From a virus (taxonomy: Duplodnaviria; Caudoviricetes): a stretch of DNA of 64,000 nucleotides. The stretch spans positions 64,001 to 128,000 of IMG/VR virus record IMGVR_UViG_3300025012_000029; one strand, given 5' to 3'. This document shows, one piece after another, positions 26,913 to 35,297 of the stretch; position 1 is the stretch's first letter; the number at the start of each line of letters is the position of its first letter. Made by a program: the position numbers and the translations under genes. The notes under the pieces are model-generated. The model ran no database searches. It had not been told where the DNA came from and saw nothing but the letters and a program-made list of their open reading frames with translations.

Positions 26913-29519
26913 TCAAAAAACAACACTAGCAAATCCATCTTTGTTGTCAATAGAAATAATAGAATCTACAGAATCCTTTAATACATCCAAATGAGATATG
27001 AGAATAACACATTTGAATTGAGATTTAATTACATCAAGCATACGAATAAATCCAGCCATATTGTCTTCATCTAGTGAAGTTCCTGGTTCGTCGAGAATGA
27101 ATATATCAGACTTTGGAAGCGACGATATATTGATGAATGCTAATCGAATTGCCATTGAAGCAATACATTTTTGAGCACCTGAACCCATTTCGATCGGAAG
27201 CGGCTCATTATCGTTAGGTTTTTTCATGTAGATTTCTAATCTATTATCTTCATTTTCAAAATAAACTTGAAACTCCACTATGTTTGAAAGAATTTTGGAT
27301 ATTTCATCATTAATGTTTGGCAAACTCTTCTTGATGATGTCATAAGAAATACCGCTAGGGTGCATACATTTCATAAACAAATCATATGCTTCATAATCGC
27401 TGCGCATCTTATTTAATTCTTCTTTTTCTTGAGATAATTTCTCTATTTTTTGTTCAATGAATCCGGCATTTTTATACATGTCCTTCAATTTGTTTTCACA
27501 TGATACAAAATTAGACTTATAATCCTTTAAATCTTTTTCTTTGCTTTTTCTTTCGTTTAACAAGCTTTCTATTTTATCTATCTTTTCTTTATTTTCTTTA
27601 TACTTTTGTTCTCTAGCTAAAAGATTGAAAATTTCCATTTCAACTACTTTTAAAAGCTGCAACTTAATTTCAACTTGCGGCTTTAAATTTTTTATCTCGC
27701 GAACAAACATTATCTTTTTTTCAAGAAGTAGATTATATTTTGAAATTTGTTCCTCTACTTTGGCAGTATCTAATTTCTTAATTTTATCTTGAACATCATT
27801 TTTTTCTTGCTGCTTTTTTTCAATAAGAATTTTAATAATATTAATTTGTTCTTTAGCTTCGTATGCGCCACGAATGAATTTACAATGTGAATACTCAGAA
27901 CCACATGGAACCTCTTTCAAAATAGAAACCTTTTTCAAATCATGGTCCATATCTTTTTGACTATTATCAATTTCTTTTAAAAGCAACTCTAATGCGCTTT
28001 CATGATTTGAAATTATTTCTTGTTTATCTTTCAAAGATTGAATATCAAAATTTTCAATAAATTCATCAACTCTTTTGAGTTTAGATTCACTTTCAACAAT
28101 TTTATTCTCTATCTCTAAAATTGAGTTTTTAATATTTTGAGATTCATCGTTTTTCTTTTTTAGAGAACTACGGACTACATCGATGTCAATTAGTTCATCC
28201 GGAGAAGACTCAATAATTTGAGTCAAAACAATAATTTCTTTATCAAAAATAGAAATCTTATTTCCTAAATCAGAACAAGCAATTTCACATTCGGCAATTG
28301 AATTTTTGTTTTGAACTAATTGAATTTCTGCTTGAGAAATTTCATTATCAAAATTCTTTCCCTCCAATTTCTTAATTACGGATTTAATATCAGCAGATTC
28401 TTTATTAGCTAATTCAAACTTTTCCGAAAAGAAATCTACATCAAGAAATTTAGCAAGAATTTCTTTTCTTTCTGTTGAACCTTTATCAATATAAGTTAGC
28501 GCACCAAGTTGTGAAGACATTGATGTCAGCAAGAAATCATCAAATGAACCAAAATATTTAGTTATATTCTTATCGGTTTCAATTCTATCAATGCCGTTGA
28601 GAGATTCAATTTCTCCTGTCTTCATATCCTCAACTGAAAAATCGAGATATGTTTTAGCTTCAATTGTTTCCGAGCCATGAAGTTTTTTCACATATTTTTC
28701 TGAATCTCTTTTAATAAGGAATTTCTTATTTCCAGAACGCAACGTTGCCCTTCCTGATCCAGCATTACAATCTTTATTGATTATTTTTGTCTTCTTGCGA
28801 GAGTTCTTTGTAATAGAATTAAATAAAGTATAGAGAAAACTATCTACAATGCTTGATTTTCCAGAAAAATTCTTTCCAAACACTCCTATAGTTCCACTCA
28901 AATGATTAAAATCAATCTTATTACCAGAACCATAATTAAATAAATTATCCCACTCAAAATTCAAAACTTGATAATCAACATTTCTAATCGACGATTGTTT
29001 GGATTCTGCTAACAAATTTAACTTCTTGTTAATATCAAATAATTTTTCATAAAGACATTCATCAATATGATAATCTTTGAGATATTCTCTAATCAATTTT
29101 TCTTGGACGTTGACATTTCTTAAATCTTCTTTTTTTAATATTCCATCAATAGAAACAAAAGAATTTTTGTTATCTGCTTTATTTAAAAATGTAACACTAT
29201 CTGGGTTGAACTTTGTCTTTACTACATCAATAGATTTACGAATCGTATCAATGGGTAAATTAGTTTCAGAAATAACACGTAAACGAGCGCCAATAGGAAT
29301 GTCAATATTGGGATTTAAAGAACCGTCTGGTTCCAACACTATTGAAATAAATGGATTAGGATTTGGAATAGAAATGTGTTTAACTGTAAATGTTGTTTTA
29401 TCTTGAATGTCCCAAATTAAGAAACCTTTACTATTTTCCTCACCATGGTTCTGCTGAATTAATGAACCGGACCAGCGCACTTCGGGTGTTTTACGAAATA
29501 TCTTTATTTTTTTACTCAT
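26913..29519 (-). CDS. sbcC: Fusion of the SbcD/Mre11 C-terminal half to an SbcC/Rad50 (gp46-like) ATPase
   Basis: N-terminus WSGSLIQQNHGE...KGFLIWD (SbcD motif V region); then GKNFSGKSS Walker A, coiled coil, MGSGAQK signature, FILDEPG Walker B, LISH. Confidence 0.9.
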   Translation of the reverse strand: MSKKIKIFRKTPEVRWSGSLIQQNHGEENSKGFLIWDIQDKTTFTVKHISIPNPNPFISIVLEPDGSLNPNIDIPIGARLRVISETNLPIDTIRKSIDVVKTKFNPDSVTFLNKADNKNSFVSIDGILKKEDLRNVNVQEKLIREYLKDYHIDECLYEKLFDINKKLNLLAESKQSSIRNVDYQVLNFEWDNLFNYGSGNKIDFNHLSGTIGVFGKNFSGKSSIVDSFLYTLFNSITKNSRKKTKIINKDCNAGSGRATLRSGNKKFLIKRDSEKYVKKLHGSETIEAKTYLDFSVEDMKTGEIESLNGIDRIETDKNITKYFGSFDDFLLTSMSSQLGALTYIDKGSTERKEILAKFLDVDFFSEKFELANKESADIKSVIKKLEGKNFDNEISQAEIQLVQNKNSIAECEIACSDLGNKISIFDKEIIVLTQIIESSPDELIDIDVVRSSLKKKNDESQNIKNSILEIENKIVESESKLKRVDEFIENFDIQSLKDKQEIISNHESALELLLKEIDNSQKDMDHDLKKVSILKEVPCGSEYSHCKFIRGAYEAKEQINIIKILIEKKQQEKNDVQDKIKKLDTAKVEEQISKYNLLLEKKIMFVREIKNLKPQVEIKLQLLKVVEMEIFNLLAREQKYKENKEKIDKIESLLNERKSKEKDLKDYKSNFVSCENKLKDMYKNAGFIEQKIEKLSQEKEELNKMRSDYEAYDLFMKCMHPSGISYDIIKKSLPNINDEISKILSNIVEFQVYFENEDNRLEIYMKKPNDNEPLPIEMGSGAQKCIASMAIRLAFINISSLPKSDIFILDEPGTSLDEDNMAGFIRMLDVIKSQFKCVILISHLDVLKDSVDSIISIDNKDGFASVVF

Positions 29520-30486
29520 ATTTTTTTATACATTCTAAAAATGATTGTTCAAAATCATTTTTTAATATTTCAGTTTCCCAAAATCTTAATAAGATAAATC
29601 CACCCTTTTGTGCTAAATTATTTTTAAAAACATCATTTTCAGCATTTTTACGTTGAATATCGTTTAATATAAAGAATATATCAGGATTGGCATGCCAATA
29701 ATCTCCATCACATTCTAATAGAATTTTTTTATTAATGAAAAAATCATAAACCTTAAATTTATGACTATCATAATAAACTCTAAATGACTTTGAATAAACA
29801 ACATTATTCTTAATAAGAATATTTTCCAAAATATTTTCAATTTTAGTTGATTTTGTTCTAAACAACTCTTTTTGTCCTATTTCCCAAGAATAATTCCCAT
29901 ATCGTTCTAAACAGGTTATCTCGCATTTTTCTCTTATTTCTTCATTTTGCCAATTATGTTCAACTCCATATCTCCTAAATAAAGTTTGTTTTCTTTTTTG
30001 AATTGAAGCAGGATCCCAACCTGGTGAGTATTCATTATTTTCCTTATATTTTTGTATTCCTTTTTTAATTTTTTCTACATATTCGGCATCTTTCCACGCT
30101 TCTTTCATTATTATAGAATGCCAATCTCTTTCTTCTTTTGGAGCTTTTCTTCCATAAACAGGACTTCCTTTTCCAGAATATAATATTTTTTGATGCTCAT
30201 CCTTACATTTTCTTGAACAATATCTATTCTTTTTTGTTTTTCTTATTCTAAAAATATAACCACATAAAATACACTTCCTATTTTCTCTTTCTATTTTCTC
30301 AATTCCTCTAATATTTTCATGTTGACATTTTTCGCTACAAAAAACTTCATTTTTGGTTTTTATTCCACATATTTTACAAATATTTTTTGGCTCTTTTATA
30401 TAACCAATATTTCTACATTTCAACGAACAATAAGTTTTGTAATTCGTGTCTACTCCGCATATACGACATTTTATCATTTCATTCAC
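29512..30486 (-). CDS. Free-standing Vsr/DUF559-like putative homing endonuclease with Zn-ribbon repeats
   Basis: Three CxxC...YCSxKC repeats; C-terminal YDF...LLECDGDYWH...LLRFWETEI. Confidence 0.8.
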   Translation of the reverse strand: MNEMIKCRICGVDTNYKTYCSLKCRNIGYIKEPKNICKICGIKTKNEVFCSEKCQHENIRGIEKIERENRKCILCGYIFRIRKTKKNRYCSRKCKDEHQKILYSGKGSPVYGRKAPKEERDWHSIIMKEAWKDAEYVEKIKKGIQKYKENNEYSPGWDPASIQKRKQTLFRRYGVEHNWQNEEIREKCEITCLERYGNYSWEIGQKELFRTKSTKIENILENILIKNNVVYSKSFRVYYDSHKFKVYDFFINKKILLECDGDYWHANPDIFFILNDIQRKNAENDVFKNNLAQKGGFILLRFWETEILKNDFEQSFLECIKKYE

Positions 30487-30522
30487 CTTATTTTTCTCGC
30501 AAAACTATGGAGAACTATAAGA

Positions 30523-30530
30523 TAAATAGT
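30523..30530 (-). promoter_or_regulatory. ACTANTTA junction motif upstream of the inserted endonuclease
   Basis: ACTATTTA in the 49-nt gap after the SbcD N-half stop. Confidence 0.5.
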
Positions 30531-30535
30531 CATTA

Positions 30536-31189
30536 TTACACAATTTCCCATCCATTTTTCAAATATATTTCAATTTCTTTTTCATCTATTTCTATTTCTT
30601 CATAGTTTTGTTCTGATATTTGTTGATTCGACTTGTGGATGTCGCCCAACATCACATAGTCCATCTTTTTGAATATAGAAACATCATCATCGGCATTTTC
30701 CATAGTCCAACCAATATCTGTCTCACAACCACTAATTGAACCATGATAAAGAGCAATATTAATATTGTTTTCATTTGTAGGATCTATCCAATTATCTCTA
30801 TCAAAAACATTCATTACGTTTAATGTAGTGTTGTCATTAAAAGGATATTCGCCAGATTTTAAGAACAGCTCTAAATTTGGATGATTAATTGCGTTAACAA
30901 CTGGAGAAACAGCATCTAATCTATTATTATTTTTATATACTTTGTCGTGATTTCCAAGAATCAATTTAGTGGGAGCAATATTAGCCAAATTTCTGAGAAA
31001 ATCTGATGCCATTTGGACATACTCTGGTGAGATATTACACTTAGTGTGAGCCAAATCCCCACAAAATACTATCAAATCTGGTTTTTCATCTCTTAAGATA
31101 GAATACAATTTTTCAAATATATAAATGTATTCTTCGTGACGAATTGTATTTCGCAGATGCAAATCACTCAAATGGATAATTTTAACCAT
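30536..31189 (-). CDS. sbcD: SbcD/Mre11 (gp47-like) metallophosphoesterase, N-terminal half
   Basis: HLSDLHL, FCGDLAH, LGNHD, LYHG, MLGDIHK; lacks the following YSGS motif, which is in 26913..29519. Confidence 0.9.
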   Translation of the reverse strand: MVKIIHLSDLHLRNTIRHEEYIYIFEKLYSILRDEKPDLIVFCGDLAHTKCNISPEYVQMASDFLRNLANIAPTKLILGNHDKVYKNNNRLDAVSPVVNAINHPNLELFLKSGEYPFNDNTTLNVMNVFDRDNWIDPTNENNINIALYHGSISGCETDIGWTMENADDDVSIFKKMDYVMLGDIHKSNQQISEQNYEEIEIDEKEIEIYLKNGWEIV

Positions 31190-31533
31190 TACTTTTTTCT
31201 TTCTAAAGTTCGTCTTTCTCGCAATTCCCTATCTGCTCCACATTTTTTACAACAATCAAATTTATCTGAACAGGAATCACACAACGTTGGCACCGAACGA
31301 CCATATCCTTTATGTAATTCTCCACACCCCCGGCAAGTCCACTCAAATTTACTATCCACTCCCATTCCTGTGCCCCAAATATAATAACAAGCTAAACATT
31401 TGCGAACTTTAATTCTATCGTCCTTCTTTGGATCAAGTTTATAATTTTCTAATGCTTTTATTCTTCTTTCAACATCTTCTTGAGCAACGGAAGTTTGAAA
31501 TCGAAGTTGATACAAATCAAATTTTTTTGTCAT
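31189..31533 (-). CDS. Cys-rich putative zinc-binding protein
   Basis: CLAC, CRGC, CDSC, CCKKC; stop overlaps the SbcD start (TAATG). Confidence 0.7.
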   Translation of the reverse strand: MTKKFDLYQLRFQTSVAQEDVERRIKALENYKLDPKKDDRIKVRKCLACYYIWGTGMGVDSKFEWTCRGCGELHKGYGRSVPTLCDSCSDKFDCCKKCGADRELRERRTLERKK

Positions 31534-31539
31534 ATAAAC

Positions 31540-32463
31540 CTACTCACTTAGTGAATTAATGAGATACTCTAAATCATTATCACTATTAATCTTTAAGGCA
31601 TTTTTCTTTCTTTCGTTGAATTCTTCTTTAAGCATGCTGCCAACGTCCTTAAATAACTTAACATTTATTTTCCAAACTTCTACACCATATGATGCCAAAA
31701 GTAGCATTATTTGTTTTTCTTTTTCTTTGGCATCTGGATCTAAAGCTACAAAAACTTTTGGACAATTAGACACAATTTTCTGAAAAACATATGAATCTTC
31801 GCGCAAAGTTGAACCCAATAAAGGAATTGCGTTTCTTGCCACAATGGCATCAAAGACGCCCTCTACTATTGTAATTGGAGCATCCCAACTTATAAATAAT
31901 TCATTAAAAATAATATCTTTACTCGAAGGCGGATTCAAATATGGAACTTGATGTTCGAGATATGTTCTAGCGACAAAATAATTCACATTTCCATTCATAT
32001 CAAATGATGGAACAATAATCCTGTTTTTATATTTGCCTTCAAGACAAACTCCCATTTTCCACCACAAAACATCATTAAAGGATAATCCTCTATTGTAGAG
32101 ATATTGGCGAGCATGAATAGTTGCCGGGTGTGGCTTTTTTGAAGTTAGAGTGATAAATTCTTTAGGCAATTTAACTTTTTCTTCAACAAAATTATCTTTG
32201 TCCACAATATCAGAAAAATCTACTTTTTCCTCAAATTCGCTCCACGCATTAATTTGTTGTTGATTTCCAAAAGAACGAACGGCAGAAAAAATTGATTTAC
32301 CGGAATAGTTGCAGATCCAGCATTTGAAACAATTCTTGCTCAAAGAAAATGAGAGTTTTTTTTTATGATGTTTACATTTGCTACATGTAAAAAGATATTC
32401 GCCACCAGAACAATAATAAGTTCCAAATATTTCCTCAAGAATTTGAAGTTTCTTCTCAAGCAC
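31540..32463 (-). CDS. dnaG: DNA primase (Zn finger plus TOPRIM)
   Basis: CSKC...FKCWIC, YLYNRG, RIIVP, IVEGVFDAI, ALDPDA, KDVG. Confidence 0.9.
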   Translation of the reverse strand: MLEKKLQILEEIFGTYYCSGGEYLFTCSKCKHHKKKLSFSLSKNCFKCWICNYSGKSIFSAVRSFGNQQQINAWSEFEEKVDFSDIVDKDNFVEEKVKLPKEFITLTSKKPHPATIHARQYLYNRGLSFNDVLWWKMGVCLEGKYKNRIIVPSFDMNGNVNYFVARTYLEHQVPYLNPPSSKDIIFNELFISWDAPITIVEGVFDAIVARNAIPLLGSTLREDSYVFQKIVSNCPKVFVALDPDAKEKEKQIMLLLASYGVEVWKINVKLFKDVGSMLKEEFNERKKNALKINSDNDLEYLINSLSE

Positions 32464-32471
32464 TCTAAACC

Positions 32472-32500
32472 ATACTACACAAAAAAGAAAGATGTGTCAA
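32472..32500 (-). promoter_or_regulatory. Sigma70-type promoter for the primase gene
   Basis: TTGACA-17 nt-TAGTAT on minus strand, ending 8 nt before the GTG start. Confidence 0.6.
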
Positions 32501-32892
32501 ACCATAAATGGAACAGCAAGTCCTTCTTTCAAAAGAGCATCATTAATACAAATATCATTTCCATCTTTTTCAACAAACACTTTTGCCAAATAACGCCCAT
32601 ATTTATCTTTTTTATCTTTAATAGTTTCTACTCTCAATGGAGCGGAATTGATTTTATCTGGAAATAAAAGAGTTTTGATGAAAACAACAGCTTTGAGTCC
32701 TAAAGCTTTTTCTTCAGCTATTTTTGACTTTTTTCCATGCGTTTCTGCCGTATCTATTCCATATAAACGGAATCTATCAACAAAAGATAAACCAAATCCA
32801 ATTTCTAATTTTAGCTCCAAAGTATCGCCGTCAATAATTCTCAAACAAATCGCTCTGTATTCATAATAAATCTCAGGATTAACATTTTCCAT
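32497..32892 (-). CDS. Thermonuclease (SNase-like) family protein
   Basis: IIDGDTL, RLYGIDTAE, DKYGRYLA, INDALLKEGLA. Confidence 0.9.
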   Translation of the reverse strand: MENVNPEIYYEYRAICLRIIDGDTLELKLEIGFGLSFVDRFRLYGIDTAETHGKKSKIAEEKALGLKAVVFIKTLLFPDKINSAPLRVETIKDKKDKYGRYLAKVFVEKDGNDICINDALLKEGLAVPFMV

Positions 32893-33415
32893 AATATTTT
32901 AAATAGCCAGCTTTAGATACAATAAGCGCGTCGGCCATATCAAAATATTCTGGAGATGGATTTCCATGTTTAGTGAATTGAACAATATCGGCAAAATCGG
33001 GTTCAGTTTTCAATAAATGTTCCATCACGCATTTTTTTGCTTTTTCTCCTCTTGGAGCTATAACACCACACAATTTTCTAGCTGAAACAGCAGGAATAAA
33101 TTCTGGAATTATTCCTGTTTCCTCATAAATTATCCAAGATACGATTCCGTTGAACTTAAGCAACATTGAAATTGTTGAAGCAGAACTTTTCCCAGGTGAA
33201 AACATCATCAAAGCTGATTCAATGAAAACTCGATCAAATTCATAAGTTATATGAAGGTGTCTTATTTGATTTTGAATGTATAAAGCTTTTGAAAACAGAT
33301 CTGGAAACTTAGTTTTATTTTTCAGAATAAAGGCATCAGCCTTTATAAATTTACCATTAGTATTTAATATTGCCCAACCAGTTGTTGAAGTTGATACGTC
33401 GATCCCAAGAATCAT
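32879..33415 (-). CDS. ruvC: RuvC-like Holliday junction resolvase
   Basis: MILGIDVSTSTTGWAIL, VFIE, DMADALIV. Confidence 0.85.
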   Translation of the reverse strand: MILGIDVSTSTTGWAILNTNGKFIKADAFILKNKTKFPDLFSKALYIQNQIRHLHITYEFDRVFIESALMMFSPGKSSASTISMLLKFNGIVSWIIYEETGIIPEFIPAVSARKLCGVIAPRGEKAKKCVMEHLLKTEPDFADIVQFTKHGNPSPEYFDMADALIVSKAGYLKYYGKC

Positions 33416-33432
33416 TTACATAAATATATCAC

Positions 33433-33792
33433 TTATTCATCAGGATTTAAAACAGTACGTTCTTTATTCCATCTCGGAAGACTTCTATATTCAACTGGAA
33501 CACCAAGCTTGTTGGAATGTTCAATTCCGAGCTTCATACCTGGCGAAATTCCCAAGTCATCATAAACGACAGTCTTTTTGGCAACTGTTCTAAACACAAA
33601 TCCTGCTTCGATTCCCAAATTTCGCTCATCACGAATATTATCGTCGAGAACTCCTTCTTGAGTATAGAGAACATGCGATACAAAAGGGGATTCACCCCTC
33701 AAAAGAGAATCTCTCATGGCAGCACGAGCATAACAAAGATTTCTTTGAACGTTGCCAGCGAACGGAGATTCGATCACTACGATTGGTTTCAT
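33433..33792 (-). CDS. DUF4406-like / nucleoside 2-deoxyribosyltransferase-fold protein
   Basis: VVIESPFAG...ESPFVSH...GISPGMKLGI pattern. Confidence 0.6.
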   Translation of the reverse strand: MKPIVVIESPFAGNVQRNLCYARAAMRDSLLRGESPFVSHVLYTQEGVLDDNIRDERNLGIEAGFVFRTVAKKTVVYDDLGISPGMKLGIEHSNKLGVPVEYRSLPRWNKERTVLNPDE

Positions 33793-33859
33793 ATTTTTTC
33801 CTTTAAAATCAGAACTGTTTATAACAGTAGCAAATAGAAAAAAGAAAGTAAAGTGAATT

Positions 33860-34996
33860 TTACGTATCTATTTTCATTTTTATACTAAATGAGTCCGTCT
33901 CTCTTTTTCTTATCGGCGAGGCCAATTTAGCAATTGCTATTAAATTTCTATCACGATCATATATTCCAACACGAGACAAATATGTGACATTATCAAAACT
34001 TCCGGTAGGCTCTATAAAATTACTTTTCACAATATTTTTTATTTCTATTTTATCACTTTCTCTATATTGCGTTGAACTAGAATGTGGAGTAATAGATCCT
34101 GTTTGTCCATGTTTGAGAAATGTTGGATTATTTGAAAAATTCAATTGCCCTTTTTGTGCGTGAGCAAACATAGTAATAACTGGAGTAAAAGTAGTTCCTT
34201 CAAAATCAATTTCAAAACTCGACGAAGCCACGTTCGTAAGATCGGCAGGAGTTGCTGAACCCGTTGTTCCAAAAAAAGTCCATCTAGGAGATTTAGAAAC
34301 TGGATCATGTATATCATAGCGTTCCTGATGCGATGGATGAATTGTCCAGCTTCCAGTTAAAGAAATAAATCCTTCTCTGTATAGAACAACACCAGCAACG
34401 CTGCCACTATTAGAATCTTGTGGTAGTTTCTGTCTCAATTCTCCATTGCCCTTATCGTCTGTAAGTTCTGCAGCAAGAGTTCCAGTTACATAAAATTTAC
34501 ACGACACACTTCCTTTTCTAATTGAAGAACCATAAAATATAGATGGAACACCGATCAACGTAATCTCTTGAGAGCTTTTATTCCCCAAAGATGATTCATA
34601 TGTAAAGTGTTTACTAAGAGTTTTATTATTGAAAATATTTCTGAGGGCATCAATATGAGACCGAACAACACCAGCAACATATCTATCAATTGAAATGCCA
34701 GCAGCTAATGGATAAGATCCTGTTACAATATCGCCATAAGAAAAATCAGAATTGAATTCAGAAGTGCTAACAGTTTTAAAAGATGTCAATGACCCGTCTT
34801 TTGTAATAAATGGATAGGTGTTTCCTGCTCCAGGAATTGGATGTAGAAATTCATGTATATCAATTTGTCCATTTGGAACAGTAACGGGCAATTGGTTGTT
34901 ATAGTAAATTTGCCCATCATAAATTTTGAAGTTTATGTTTGGATGGGCTTTAATTTGATTATAAAATATATCGTTTTTACCAAATTTGTGGTACAT
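33860..34996 (-). CDS. Virion structural (tail/baseplate region) protein
   Basis: C-terminal VGIYDRDRNLIAIAKLASPIRK shared with 35298..36386. Confidence 0.7.
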   Translation of the reverse strand: MYHKFGKNDIFYNQIKAHPNINFKIYDGQIYYNNQLPVTVPNGQIDIHEFLHPIPGAGNTYPFITKDGSLTSFKTVSTSEFNSDFSYGDIVTGSYPLAAGISIDRYVAGVVRSHIDALRNIFNNKTLSKHFTYESSLGNKSSQEITLIGVPSIFYGSSIRKGSVSCKFYVTGTLAAELTDDKGNGELRQKLPQDSNSGSVAGVVLYREGFISLTGSWTIHPSHQERYDIHDPVSKSPRWTFFGTTGSATPADLTNVASSSFEIDFEGTTFTPVITMFAHAQKGQLNFSNNPTFLKHGQTGSITPHSSSTQYRESDKIEIKNIVKSNFIEPTGSFDNVTYLSRVGIYDRDRNLIAIAKLASPIRKRETDSFSIKMKIDT

Positions 34997-35005
34997 TACT
35001 GGTAA

Positions 35006-35013
35006 TAAATAGT
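35006..35013 (-). promoter_or_regulatory. ACTANTTA junction motif
   Basis: ACTATTTA ~10 nt before ATG 34996, no SD. Confidence 0.5.
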
Positions 35014-35014
35014 T

Positions 35015-35287
35015 CTAGAACTCTTTTACAAAAACAATATTTCCAAGATCCCAGATGCGATCATACCCATTGTTTTGAAGATTTTCCCATTCTGTTAGTG
35101 ATACATCAAAATTTGATATCACATTCTCAAGTTTATGTTTTATTTTAACTTTTTGTTTGAGAGATTTATATGTGAAGATTTCTTCCAAAAAATAGTCTTC
35201 ATTTTGAAGTGCTTCTAAAAATTTATTTCCATTTGCGTAATTCTTTTTCATACCTGTAATATACCACAGGTTCAGAAAGCTTTTCAA
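35015..35287 (-). pseudogene. C-terminal remnant of a putative homing endonuclease (Hef-like tail)
   Basis: FDVSLTEWENLQNNGYDRIWDLGN resembles the C-terminus of that phage family; the rest of the protein is missing. Confidence 0.55.
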
Positions 35288-35297
35288 TGGTTAGAAA

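Noticed and set aside
29512-30535. Group I intron interrupting sbcD
   Set aside because: Only 49 nt of non-coding sequence on one side and a gene overlap on the other; I saw no catalytic core elements.
29490-30616. Split intein at the sbcD break (KIKIFRK resembles the start of some C-inteins)
   Set aside because: The fragments are far too short, with no HINT blocks and no terminal (H)N-C/S/T junction.
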